A DNA stretch of 24,000 nt, from contig JAKCEV010000012.1 in assembly GCA_023539495.1 (NCBI GenBank), positions 1 to 24,000 of the forward strand, written 5' to 3'. This DNA is from Candidatus Wolframiiraptor allenii (lineage in GTDB: Archaea > Thermoproteota > Nitrososphaeria_A > Caldarchaeales > Wolframiiraptoraceae). A program made the translations under genes and the position numbers. Positions 6,458 to 15,716 of this stretch are shown one piece after another; within the stretch, counting starts at the first letter, position 1; the number at the start of each line of letters is the position of its first letter. The notes below the pieces were generated by a model. The model did no database searches, was not told where the DNA came from, and saw only the letters and a program-made list of their open reading frames with translations.

Positions 6458-7230
6458 AGAAGGTCAGAAGGAAAATACTTGGCCAGCACTTCCTCATGGA
6501 CCACAATGTTCTTGATAGGATGGTGGATTATGCCGGGCTATCCCGATCCGATGTTGTGCTGGAGGTCGGCGCTGGAAACGGTGTACTCACTCGAAAGCTT
6601 GCGGAGAGAGCTGGAAAGGTGATAGCAGTCGAGATTGATGAGAGGTTTGCCAAGGACCTTAAAACGGTCTCCGAGGAATATCCGAACGTTGAGGTGCTAT
6701 TTGGCGATATCCTGCGCCTGAGGCCGAGTGGCTTCAACAAGGTGGTCTCGAATCCACCATACAGCATTTCCTCAAGGCTTATCGAGTGGCTCGTGGAGCA
6801 GCTGCCAGAACTAATGATACTGATGCTCCAAAGGGAGTTCGCGTCCAAGCTAACCGCGTATCCAGGCTCGCCAAAATACGTCTACACTTCGGCCATCTCA
6901 AACACCTACTATGAGGCCAGGATTCTGGAGATCGTGCCGAGAAGCTTGTTCAGTCCCCCTCCAAGGGTTGACTCGGCCATGGTCTTGATGAGGCGGAGGG
7001 ATGCTATCCCAAGACTAGGAATCTCCTGCAAGCTACTGTGGAAAAGACTCTTCACGAGAAGAAGACAAGTTCTCAGGCGCGTCCTAGCCGATTTATCGAA
7101 GGATGGCCTATTGCCACCCGGCCTCGTGAAGAAGCTTCCAGAGGCGTTAATCTCCAAGAGAATCTTCCAGCTCTCCCCCAGTGAGCTCCTCGACCTCTGC
7201 AGGCTTCTCGGCTTCTTGGGGGAAGCCTAA
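6454..7230 (+). CDS. ksgA: 16S rRNA dimethyladenosine transferase (KsgA/Dim1/RsmA)
   Basis: LGQHFLMDHNVLDRMV, the SAM-binding VLEVGAGNGVLT motif, and the NPPYSISS motif. A 4-nt ATGA overlap joins it to the upstream gene. Confidence 0.9.
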   Translation: MKKVRRKILGQHFLMDHNVLDRMVDYAGLSRSDVVLEVGAGNGVLTRKLAERAGKVIAVEIDERFAKDLKTVSEEYPNVEVLFGDILRLRPSGFNKVVSNPPYSISSRLIEWLVEQLPELMILMLQREFASKLTAYPGSPKYVYTSAISNTYYEARILEIVPRSLFSPPPRVDSAMVLMRRRDAIPRLGISCKLLWKRLFTRRRQVLRRVLADLSKDGLLPPGLVKKLPEALISKRIFQLSPSELLDLCRLLGFLGEA

Positions 7231-7259
7231 TTAGGTGGCTTCGCCGCTTAGCCCGCGGT

Positions 7260-7769
7260 ATGAAGGCGAAGAACTGGAGAGCGCTTGAGAGGCCCTATAC
7301 TAGGGCGGATTATATCGCCGGCGCGCCCCAGCCTAGGATAGCGAAGTACACGGGTGGAACGTATTCGGATGACTATGATTATGAGCTCCTGCTGGTCGCG
7401 AAGGAGGATATGCAGATCAGGGATGTCTCGTTGGAGTCGGCGAGAGTTTCCCTGACAAAATATCTGGACTCAACACTAGGCTCGTCAAACTATTTCATGG
7501 AGCTTAAGGCTCACCCGCACCACGTTCTCAGGGAGAACAAGCTGATCTTTGGCGCGCATGCTGATAGACTTCAGGAGGGCATGAGGAGGGCCTTCGGGAA
7601 GCCTGTAGGCAGGGCGGCTAGGGTGCTTCGGGGTTCCACGGTCTTCAGGGTCCTAGTTAGGGAGAATGGACTCCAAGCGGCGAAGGAGGCCCTCGACATA
7701 GCATCAAAGAAGCTTCCAAAGAGCTATCAGATTGTGATCAGGAAGCTGGAGAAGAAGGCCGCCTCTTGA
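7260..7769 (+). CDS. rpl10e: 50S ribosomal protein L10e (uL16)
   Basis: RPYTRADYIAGAPQPRIAKYTGG and RLQEGMRRAFGKPVGRAARV are typical of L10e. Length is 169 aa. Confidence 0.9.
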   Translation: MKAKNWRALERPYTRADYIAGAPQPRIAKYTGGTYSDDYDYELLLVAKEDMQIRDVSLESARVSLTKYLDSTLGSSNYFMELKAHPHHVLRENKLIFGAHADRLQEGMRRAFGKPVGRAARVLRGSTVFRVLVRENGLQAAKEALDIASKKLPKSYQIVIRKLEKKAAS

Positions 7770-8179
7770 AGAGGAAGCTGAGGATATTCGTTGATGGCTG
7801 CTCCCGGGGGAATCCCGGGCCGGCTGGAATAGGCTACCTGATATTCGATGAGGGTGGTCATCTATTATCTAAGAAGTGGAAGCATGTTGGGTTAAGGACG
7901 AATAACGAGGCCGAGTATCTGGCGGCCATAGAGGCGCTGAAGGAGGCGTTATCCTTGGGAGCATCGGAGATCGAGCTCCTCTCCGATAGCGAGCTCCTCG
8001 TAAAGCAGATTAGGGGAGAATACGCGGTTAGGAGCGATAGGCTGGCACCATTACATGAGGAGCTCATAAGGCTCGTGAGGAGCTTCGAGAAGTTCATAGT
8101 GAAGCATATTGAGAGGGATGGGAATCGCGAGGCTGATAGGCTCGCGAAGCTCGCAGCGAGCTCATCTCTTAAGATCTAG
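7766..8179 (+). CDS. rnhA: Ribonuclease HI (type 1 RNase H)
   Basis: The catalytic DEDD-context motifs are present: IFVDGCSRGNPGPAG, NNEAEYLAAIEAL, LSDSELLV, READRLA. The TTG start overlaps the L10e stop by 4 nt. Confidence 0.85.
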   Translation: MKRKLRIFVDGCSRGNPGPAGIGYLIFDEGGHLLSKKWKHVGLRTNNEAEYLAAIEALKEALSLGASEIELLSDSELLVKQIRGEYAVRSDRLAPLHEELIRLVRSFEKFIVKHIERDGNREADRLAKLAASSSLKI

Positions 8180-8728
8180 CGTCGCGATCCTTTCCAGTAT
8201 CAGTATTAGGATTGCCTCTGCCTTGTCCTTCGCTTGGACGGATTCTATTTCCGCCATCTCTATGCCATAGAACTCGATGGCCCTGGCAAGCCTATCCTCC
8301 CTCCTGAGATAATCATCATCAACCTCGGTGCCACCGACGGCCCTAGCTAGATCCTCCGCGCCCCTCACGGCTAATGACCTCTCATTGGCGAGGACGCAGA
8401 GGCCAACCTCCTCGGTCCCCTCCCTAACGCCAAGCCTCTCCAGGGCCCTCCCTATCTGCGTGTCGGCAGCAAGCCGGAGCAGCAGCTCAATCTCCATCTT
8501 TCTCGAGATATTTGTTCCAGCCTTGAAGGCTAGATAGGCGGCGACGGCAGCCGCATGAATCTGCCTAACAGACACCACACACCTAGCATCAAACACCTGC
8601 ATGACAGCATCCCTGCTAGAAGCCCTCAGCGAATCTAGAACCCCGATAGGGTTCGCTAGAAAGCTCCTCCTAGGATTTCTCAAAACTGAAGCTGCAACCC
8701 ACTTATCTCCAAAGCTTACAAGTCTCAA
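8162..8728 (-). CDS. cgi121: KEOPS complex subunit Cgi121
   Basis: The pattern VFDARCVVSVRQIHAAAVAAYLAFKAGTNISRKMEIELLLRLAADTQIGRALERLGV...ILERIATLDL matches my recollection of archaeal Cgi121 proteins. No search was run. Confidence 0.65.
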   Translation of the reverse strand: MRLVSFGDKWVAASVLRNPRRSFLANPIGVLDSLRASSRDAVMQVFDARCVVSVRQIHAAAVAAYLAFKAGTNISRKMEIELLLRLAADTQIGRALERLGVREGTEEVGLCVLANERSLAVRGAEDLARAVGGTEVDDDYLRREDRLARAIEFYGIEMAEIESVQAKDKAEAILILILERIATLDLKR

Positions 8729-8737
8729 GGCAGAGAA

Positions 8738-9058
8738 TCAGCCTCCATGAATAACGGGTACTAGGTGGATCTCCCTAACCTCCTTCAACCTTACCTCATT
8801 CGGCCTGCCTAGACACGATATTTCCACGCCATCAACTAGGACCAGCAGCTCGGGCGAGAGCATACCATCCTCGAAAACCCTCTTTAGAAGAGGGTCAGGA
8901 AGCCTCCTTAAGATATCCATGATGCTCTCACCTTCATCAGCCTCAACCTCGAAAAGATCCATTCCACCCGAGACTTCTTTAAGCGGGCCAAAGATCCTAA
9001 CCCTCACCCTGAGACGCCCCTTAGAAACCCCCTCAGAGAGGCGCATGCTCCTCATCAA
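8738..9058 (-). CDS. MoaD/ThiS-family small beta-grasp protein ending in GG (SAMP/Urm1-like sulfur carrier or modifier)
   Basis: RVRVRIFGPLKEV...LVLVDGVEISCLGRPNEVRLKEVREIHLVPVIHGG followed by stop is the archaeal MoaD-family pattern with a terminal di-glycine. The exact start is uncertain among several N-terminal Met codons. Its stop lies 9 nt upstream of cgi121. Confidence 0.75.
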   Translation of the reverse strand: MMRSMRLSEGVSKGRLRVRVRIFGPLKEVSGGMDLFEVEADEGESIMDILRRLPDPLLKRVFEDGMLSPELLVLVDGVEISCLGRPNEVRLKEVREIHLVPVIHGG

Positions 9059-9206
9059 TCATCCGTGCAGGTCATTCTCATCATTGGGATTTATTCTTAC
9101 CCCTTGCTGGGGGCTCAATTATAAGGGGATTATAGGTGTTTAAAAGTCTAGCGATGGAAACTAGCCGAGGAAATAGTTTTTACTTGTGTGGATGTCTTTC
9201 GCTTGG

Positions 9207-12200
9207 ATGGAGATTAGGAGCATCTATAACTTCGCTTGTAGTAATTGTGGCGGGGAGATAACCGATGCTAGGCTGATTGAGGTTGGGGTCTGTGAGAAGT
9301 GTCTACCCGGGAAGGCCACAAGCCTCATAGAGGCGGCCGAGGGGTTGAAGAGGCTTGGGAAGCTCGAGAAGCTTAGGGATTATCTCAGGATACAGGTCGA
9401 GTATGAGGGGTTTAGGAGGTTCTTCAGGAGGGCTCTCGGCTTTGAGCCCTGGGCTCTTCAGGAGGTCTGGGCGAAGAGGATAATCTCGGGCGATAACTTC
9501 GCCATAGTTGCTCCTACGGGTGTCGGCAAGACAGTTCTAGGGCTTATCATGGCGCTATATCTCCACGCAATGAGGCGGAAGCGGTGCTATGTGATAGTCC
9601 CCAGCAGCATCTTGGCCCAGCAGCTTTACGAGAAGGCATCATTATTCGCCGAGAGGCTCGGGCTCAAGCTCGGTGAGAGGCTGCTAGTCTATCACGCCGG
9701 CCTGAACAAGGCTGATAGGGAGAAGGTCCTTGAGGAGCTTAGGCAAAATGATGGCCCAATGATCCTGATAACGACCGACAGGTTCCTCGTGGATCATGGA
9801 GACCTGCTCATGAACATAAAACCATTCGACTACGTGTTCGTGGATGATGTCGACTCCTTCCTGAAGTCGCCTAAGAACATTGATAAGGCTGTTGGGCTTC
9901 TTGGGTTAAGGCCAGAGGCCGTTGACATTGCGCTCAAGCTTATAGATATCAGGATAAGGCTCGCGAGATCCCCTTCAAAGGACCTCTCCGAGGAATATGA
10001 GCGGCTCTCAAGGGCTATTGAGGAGGAAAGGAAGAGAAGGAGGGGGATACTCGTTGTAGCCGGCGCCACGCTTAAAGGGAAGAGGACAAGGCGCATGATG
10101 ATATTCGAGGAGCTGCTCGACTTCGAGGTCGGCAGATTCCAGGAGCTCGCGAGGAACGTCGAGGACCTCTATGTGGAGCCATCGGGAGACGTGATCGAGG
10201 AAACAATCAGGCTCATCAAGAATCATGGTGGCGGATGCCTCGTCTTCGTGCCACATGCTCTTGGTAGGACATATGCTGAGAGGGTGGCCGAGGCTTTGGA
10301 GCAGGCCGGCCTAAAAGCCCACCTATACAAGAAGATGAGCCCGGACATCCTCCAAAAGTTCGCGAGCGGTGAGATAGATGTCATGGTTGGCATAGCATCC
10401 TCGAGAAGCCCGTTCACGCGGGGGATAGATCTACCATCGAGGATAAGATACGCCGTCTTCGCCGGTGTCCCAAGGAGAGAGATCAGGATTGAGAGGGTTG
10501 AATATAATCCTGGTAAGCTCCTCACGCTTATCCTCAACCTGATACCGATTCTTGATGAGCGGCTGAGAAGGGAGTCCGAGCCAATTATAGCGAAGCTGAG
10601 GAAGATAACGCCGCTTACGAGGGATGTTATGGAGAAGATAAGGGAGGCTGATGAAAAAGGTGTGAGGCTCAGCGGCTTCGAGGGCTATGCACAGGATGTG
10701 ATAGCTTCAGCGAGGGATTTCGTGAACAGGATCCTAAGCCCCCAGCTCCTCGAGAGGATCGAGAGTGATCTCGATATAACCTTGAAGCAAGCTGATGATG
10801 GCTTCACCCTAATCATACCCGACACTACCGGCTATATCCAGGCATCCGGCAGGACCTCGAGGCTCTATCCATACGGCATCATGAAAGGCGTAAGCATAGT
10901 TGTTGTTGATGATGCTAGGGCTTTCAGGGGCCTTATAACGAGGCTTAAGGCCCAGATAGAGGAGCTGGACTTCGAGCCATATGATCCGAAGAAGGCTGAG
11001 CTGATATTCGAGCAGGTTGATAGGGAGAGGAGGATTCTCGCCGAGATCCAGCGAGGCGAGGTCGAGATACGCGTAAAGGACTTGGTCAGGGCCGCGTTAA
11101 TGCTCGTTGAGTCGCCGACGAAGGCTAGGACTATCGCCTACCTCTTCGGGAGGCCGTTCAGGAGAAGGATCGGGCCGCTGACTGTCTATGAGGCGGCGAT
11201 AGGCGGCGTGATAGTCGGCGTCGCCGCGACGCAGGGCCATATAACAGACCTGATCACAGGCTCTGAGAGGGGGCTTCATGGGGTTGAGAGGATTGATGGC
11301 AGGTTTATCCCGGTTTACGGCGTCATAAAGAGATGCTATAACTGCGGTGAGCAGTGGGCTGATGGAAGGCCATGCCCGTCATGCGGCTCAGATGATATAT
11401 TCGACAAGATCGAGATAATCGAGGCGATTAGGAGGCTTGCGCAGCAGTATAACGAGGTCTACTTGGCGACGGATCCGGATGCCGAAGGAGAGAAGATATC
11501 ATATGATCTCATGTGTCTTATTAAACCATTTAACCCGAACATCTATAGGCTCGAGTTCCATGAGGTTACAAGAAGGGCCCTACTCTCAGCTCTCCAAGCC
11601 AAGAGGGATGTTAACATTAACCTCGTGGAGGCGCAACTCTTAAGACGAATCGAGGACAGGTGGATAGGGTTCGAGCTTAGCAGGAAGCTCTGGGAACGGT
11701 TTGGGAGCAAGTGGCTCTCGGCCGGAAGGGTTCAGACACCCGTGCTTGGATGGATAATAGAGAGGACAAACGAGTATAAGAGGAAGAAGGCACTAGTACG
11801 TATAAGGCTTAGCGAGAATCTCTACATAGACCTCCTCGAGCCCAAGAACGCTGATGAGATCCTGAGGGAGTGGGAAGAGGGGAGGCTCAGGGTGATCGTC
11901 AGGGTTCTCGGCGAGGAGGAGGCTACCGTTAACCCGCCCCCACCATATACCACGGACTCCCTCCTAAGGGATGCCTCCGCCTACCTGAAGCTCTCGGCGG
12001 CTAATGCGATGAGGGTGGCTCAGGACCTGTTCGAGGCGGGTCTCATAACATATCACAGGACCGATGCGACAACGGTCTCGCAGGTCGGCATAGGGATAGC
12101 GAGGGAGTATCTGAGCAAGATTGATCCAAGCCTCTTCATGCCTAGGACGTATAGAGTTGAGGGTGCTCATGAGTGTATCAGGCCTGTTAAGCCTCTTGAC

Positions 12201-12836
12201 GCTGAGAAGCTCCGATACTATATCAGGATAGGCCTCATCACAGTGCCTGCAGCCAAGCTCACCGAGACACATTACAGGATGTACGACCTGATATTCAGGA
12301 GGTTTATCGCGAGCCAGTGTAGGCCGGCCAAAATAGTCACGCAGAGGGTCTCCGTCGAGGTCCTAGGCAATATTGTCGAGCAGGCTAGGGATGTGGCAAT
12401 ACTGGATAAGGGGTTCCTTGAGTTCTACCCGACAATCAGGGTTATGGATAGGGTTGAGGGCGGTGAGTATCTTGTAAGCGGCGTAGAGGTTAGGAAGATT
12501 CCATCCGCCTGGCTCCTGACCGAGGGCGATGTCGTCGCGCTAATGAAGGAGAGGGGGATAGGCCGGCCAAGCACATACAGCAAGATAATAGAGACTCTTC
12601 TGGAGAGGGGATATGTTATAGAGAGGGCTGGAAGGCTCATAGCGACCAGCAAGGGCATGAGGATATACCAGTATCTGACTGAGAGGTTTGGAGATTATGT
12701 CTCGGAGGAGCTGACGAGAAGGCTCGAGGCCGACATGGACCGCGTCGAGAACGGCGAGGCTGATTACCAGAAGATACTTGAGGAGCTCTATCAGGAGGTC
12801 ATGGCGATCAGGGCAGCTCCAGCGATAAGCAGGTAG
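9207..12836 (+). CDS. rgy: Reverse gyrase (helicase-like domain fused to a type IA topoisomerase)
   Basis: N-terminal Zn finger CSNCGG...CEKC. Walker A APTGVGKT and a DEAD-like VDDVD. TOPRIM motifs VESPTKARTIA and YLATDPDAEGEKIS. A second Zn finger CYNCGE...CPSCGS. Active-site tyrosine context LITYHRTD. The ORF is open from GTG 9186; ATG 9192 or 9207 are the likelier starts. Confidence 0.95.
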   Translation: MEIRSIYNFACSNCGGEITDARLIEVGVCEKCLPGKATSLIEAAEGLKRLGKLEKLRDYLRIQVEYEGFRRFFRRALGFEPWALQEVWAKRIISGDNFAIVAPTGVGKTVLGLIMALYLHAMRRKRCYVIVPSSILAQQLYEKASLFAERLGLKLGERLLVYHAGLNKADREKVLEELRQNDGPMILITTDRFLVDHGDLLMNIKPFDYVFVDDVDSFLKSPKNIDKAVGLLGLRPEAVDIALKLIDIRIRLARSPSKDLSEEYERLSRAIEEERKRRRGILVVAGATLKGKRTRRMMIFEELLDFEVGRFQELARNVEDLYVEPSGDVIEETIRLIKNHGGGCLVFVPHALGRTYAERVAEALEQAGLKAHLYKKMSPDILQKFASGEIDVMVGIASSRSPFTRGIDLPSRIRYAVFAGVPRREIRIERVEYNPGKLLTLILNLIPILDERLRRESEPIIAKLRKITPLTRDVMEKIREADEKGVRLSGFEGYAQDVIASARDFVNRILSPQLLERIESDLDITLKQADDGFTLIIPDTTGYIQASGRTSRLYPYGIMKGVSIVVVDDARAFRGLITRLKAQIEELDFEPYDPKKAELIFEQVDRERRILAEIQRGEVEIRVKDLVRAALMLVESPTKARTIAYLFGRPFRRRIGPLTVYEAAIGGVIVGVAATQGHITDLITGSERGLHGVERIDGRFIPVYGVIKRCYNCGEQWADGRPCPSCGSDDIFDKIEIIEAIRRLAQQYNEVYLATDPDAEGEKISYDLMCLIKPFNPNIYRLEFHEVTRRALLSALQAKRDVNINLVEAQLLRRIEDRWIGFELSRKLWERFGSKWLSAGRVQTPVLGWIIERTNEYKRKKALVRIRLSENLYIDLLEPKNADEILREWEEGRLRVIVRVLGEEEATVNPPPPYTTDSLLRDASAYLKLSAANAMRVAQDLFEAGLITYHRTDATTVSQVGIGIAREYLSKIDPSLFMPRTYRVEGAHECIRPVKPLDAEKLRYYIRIGLITVPAAKLTETHYRMYDLIFRRFIASQCRPAKIVTQRVSVEVLGNIVEQARDVAILDKGFLEFYPTIRVMDRVEGGEYLVSGVEVRKIPSAWLLTEGDVVALMKERGIGRPSTYSKIIETLLERGYVIERAGRLIATSKGMRIYQYLTERFGDYVSEELTRRLEADMDRVENGEADYQKILEELYQEVMAIRAAPAISR

Positions 12837-12848
12837 GAGGACTAAGAG

Positions 12849-13958
12849 ATGGATTACAGGCTTCTCGGAGAGGGCATAATGGTCAATCAGAGGAGCTATG
12901 ATAAGCTGGCCGAGGTCGAGGCGATAATCTTCGACTGTGATGGAACGCTCATAGACTCGACGGAATCATACTACTTGGCAGATCGGATCGTGGCCTGCAT
13001 AATCCTCGAGAAGCTCTATGGCCTCAGGTGCTCGCTTGGAAGGGATGTGAATGATGTCCTAGCGAGGCTTGAGATGCTCGGCGGCTTCAACAACGACTGG
13101 AACAAGACGAGCCTCATAACCCAGGCGATAATAATGGAAGTTGATGAGCCAGTTGAGAGGATCACCGACGACATCACCGAGATAGACGATATGAATGTGT
13201 ATTTGGGGAAATGTATGGTGGAAGTGAGCTCGCCCGGCTACGTTCTCGATGGCTTGAGGTGGCTCTCTGATAAGACCTCGCAAGCATATGGTGGTCTCAT
13301 GTGGCTGCGAGACTTTGAGGAGCTTATCGATGCTGAGGCTGAGATGCTCGGCAGGTTGATGAGGGTCCGGGAGTTAAGGAGCATACTGGGGCCCTTAACC
13401 CGGTATGGCTCCGGCCTCCTGACAACGCTCTATGACGAGGTTTACTTGGGGATTGATGGTGTTAAGGAGAGGTATGGCGTGGAGCCCCGATACGTGTCTT
13501 GGGAGGGGCTACTTGAAAGGGAGAAGCCTCTGATAACGGAGGATGTGCTTGAGAGGCTTGGCGAGGGTGTTCCAAGGGGCATCGCGATAGCCACTGGGAG
13601 GGGGAGGTGGGAGACGGAGAAGGGCCTCGGGGGCCTCATCAACTACTTCAACCTCGAGGCGAGCATATTCGCGGCGGAAGCCCCAGACAGATTTGAGAAG
13701 CCGGACTCTAGGATCCTGATAGAGTGCTCTAGAAAGCTCGGCGCCGAGAAGATCATGTATGTCGGGAACTCGCTTGAAGACCTCCTCCTAGTCGAGAATG
13801 CCAAGAAGAATGGACTCAACGCCTTCTTCACAGGAGTCCTAACAAACCCATACGCCTTGGAGGTATTCATTAGGAAAGGAGCAGATGCAATAATAGACAA
13901 CGTAAACCTCCTACCACGCCTCATGGAAAGAGAAGAAGCATTCTGGAAACCATTCTAA
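12849..13958 (+). CDS. HAD-superfamily hydrolase or phosphatase with a large cap insertion
   Basis: Motif I IIFDCDGTLIDS. Later elements are IATGRG, a conserved Lys (EKPDSR) and VGNSLEDLLLV. The substrate cannot be inferred. Confidence 0.7.
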   Translation: MDYRLLGEGIMVNQRSYDKLAEVEAIIFDCDGTLIDSTESYYLADRIVACIILEKLYGLRCSLGRDVNDVLARLEMLGGFNNDWNKTSLITQAIIMEVDEPVERITDDITEIDDMNVYLGKCMVEVSSPGYVLDGLRWLSDKTSQAYGGLMWLRDFEELIDAEAEMLGRLMRVRELRSILGPLTRYGSGLLTTLYDEVYLGIDGVKERYGVEPRYVSWEGLLEREKPLITEDVLERLGEGVPRGIAIATGRGRWETEKGLGGLINYFNLEASIFAAEAPDRFEKPDSRILIECSRKLGAEKIMYVGNSLEDLLLVENAKKNGLNAFFTGVLTNPYALEVFIRKGADAIIDNVNLLPRLMEREEAFWKPF

Positions 13959-14092
13959 CATATCCCTGAGCATGGCCTGGTCAGCCTAGTCAACATACAA
14001 TGATGAAACCAGAGCTTATGTCTGAGAATTAGGTCTTGATTATCAGTAAGGGGGATGCGAGCTTATATCTCGGCTGGATTAGGTGTTAATAG

Positions 14093-15193
14093 TTGCAGGC
14101 GGCCTCTTTCTCGGGCGTGTCGAAAGGCTTATCCAAGCTTCTGTCCATGCTCATAGGACTAGTAGTTGTTATAGTGGCGGGCATCGCCATCACCAACTCC
14201 TTTCACCAGTATGTTTACCCAATCTCTATTAGGCCCGCCGTGATGATAGAATATGTCGACTTAATTGAGGCTGGCAATAATGACATGCTCATACTGAACC
14301 TAAAGAATATCGGCAATGTTCCCGTTGACGTTCAACATGTTGTAGTTGATGGTGTTGGAGATGTTGATTGTAGGGTTGCTGGAAGCGGTTCTCCGGGGAC
14401 TACTTTCTCGATAGTATGCTCTGGCAATATCCTAAGCGGTTATGATGACTCAATCTCGGGGATAGTGAGGATAGGGTTCATAGATGGAAGCAGCATGGCG
14501 CTGATCTTCAAGGCCGGGAGAGGACAGGCGGTAGCAATTGGGACAATAACCGGAACATTAACGACGACCATTGAGACGCAGGATTTTGATATCTATTTTG
14601 ATCCTAGTGATGTGGCTGCGAAGCCCGGCCTGTCAAGATCATCTACACTAAGGATAATTTCCGAGAACTATGAGGGTGAAGTGACGCTGAATGTTGAAAG
14701 CTGTCCAAGCGACTGGGTATGCTACCTTAGCCGTAATAACGTGTATCTTCCAAGGAACGGTGATGCCAGCGTAACATTGACCTTCTCCGTACCAAGCATC
14801 GTCGAGGCGAGAAACTATGTTGTAATCGTCTCAGCGCAGGATTCCTCCAGCCGCATCAAGACAACTTCCCTAACAGTCATGGTGCAGGACTTCAAGATAG
14901 ACGTCGTAGAGGACAGTATTAGTGGAAAGGTGGGTAGCGATGCTCAAGTAACAGTAAAGATAATCCCCCTGAATGGTTATAGGGGTAACATAAACCTCTC
15001 CTATCAAGATGGTGTGGGAAAGGGGGAATTTAACCCGAATCCAGTAAGTGTTAGTGGTCAAGACAAAGAGGCGGTCTTCACGTTTAAAATAATTGGGCCG
15101 CCAGGCAAGAAAACGGTCACCGTGACCGGAGTAGATGAGGATGGCATAATGCGTTCAGACGATTTTAAAGTACATGCTGAAGCTGGCCACTAA
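14093..15193 (+). CDS. Type IV pilin-like protein (class III signal peptide) with two C-terminal Ig-like repeats
   Basis: SKGLSKLLSMLIGLVVVIVAGIAI resembles a prepilin peptidase site followed by a hydrophobic helix. The N-terminal roughly 135 aa are paralogous to the 15260-15685 product. Two tandem roughly 100-aa repeats start with DFDIYF (14582) and DFKIDV (14888). The start is uncertain: TTG 14093 or GTG 14114. Confidence 0.7.
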   Translation: MQAASFSGVSKGLSKLLSMLIGLVVVIVAGIAITNSFHQYVYPISIRPAVMIEYVDLIEAGNNDMLILNLKNIGNVPVDVQHVVVDGVGDVDCRVAGSGSPGTTFSIVCSGNILSGYDDSISGIVRIGFIDGSSMALIFKAGRGQAVAIGTITGTLTTTIETQDFDIYFDPSDVAAKPGLSRSSTLRIISENYEGEVTLNVESCPSDWVCYLSRNNVYLPRNGDASVTLTFSVPSIVEARNYVVIVSAQDSSSRIKTTSLTVMVQDFKIDVVEDSISGKVGSDAQVTVKIIPLNGYRGNINLSYQDGVGKGEFNPNPVSVSGQDKEAVFTFKIIGPPGKKTVTVTGVDEDGIMRSDDFKVHAEAGH

Positions 15194-15259
15194 AAGGGCC
15201 AACTTTTTAAAAGAATATCGTTCCGAAAAAGAAAATTAGGGGGAGAATATTTTACGATT
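15194..15259. terminator. Shared T-rich termination region between the convergent pilin genes
   Basis: A T5 run at 15204-15208 lies 10 nt after the plus-strand stop. On the minus strand, TTTTCTTTTT lies at 15226-15235, downstream of the minus-strand stop. Oligo-T tracts are the usual archaeal terminators. Confidence 0.35.
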
Positions 15260-15685
15260 TTAAGCGCTCCGAGCTCTTGCAGATATCGCGTATGACAACG
15301 TTGAACCACCACTGAATGTAATATTGACAAAACCTGACCAAACAGTTCCAGCAGTAGTAGGTAGGTCACTTATGTCGGTGTTATCCAATGTACAGCTTGC
15401 TGTCCCTCCCGGCGCAACATTAGTTATACCACAATCTACATTACTTACTTTAACAGCGGTAATAGGTACATTCCCTATGTTCTTTATGTTTATGACCAAA
15501 TAGCTATTAGTTCCATTTGTTACTAGGTCTATGTATTCCACGTTTGCTGCTGGTCTTGCAGATATTGTTGCCGCGTAGCTGAAGTATAGCTGTGCCAGCA
15601 GTATTCCCGCGACAACCGTCACTACTAGGCCAATTATTATCGCGAGCAGCGGCGATAAACCCTTCCTCGAAGCCCTCATGTTCAT
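15260..15685 (-). CDS. Type IV pilin-like protein (class III signal peptide), 141 aa
   Basis: MNMRASRKG-LSPLLAIIIGLVVTVVAGILLA is a short basic leader with a KG cleavage context and a hydrophobic helix. The motif NIKNIGNVP is shared with the neighbouring paralog. Confidence 0.75.
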   Translation of the reverse strand: MNMRASRKGLSPLLAIIIGLVVTVVAGILLAQLYFSYAATISARPAANVEYIDLVTNGTNSYLVINIKNIGNVPITAVKVSNVDCGITNVAPGGTASCTLDNTDISDLPTTAGTVWSGFVNITFSGGSTLSYAISARARSA

Positions 15686-15716
15686 CCTCCTCGCGGGAAT
15701 TGCTCAGAACCGTCCC

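Noticed and set aside
14000-14054. Possible C/D box sRNA in the HAD-pilin spacer: AUGAUGA (14000-14006) followed by CUGA (14022-14025) and a UGAUUA-like element.
   Set aside because: The C to D' spacing is 15 nt rather than the roughly 12 nt typical of archaeal sRNAs. The putative C' box is degenerate, no terminal CUGA D box follows, and no terminal stem is evident. Most likely a chance match.
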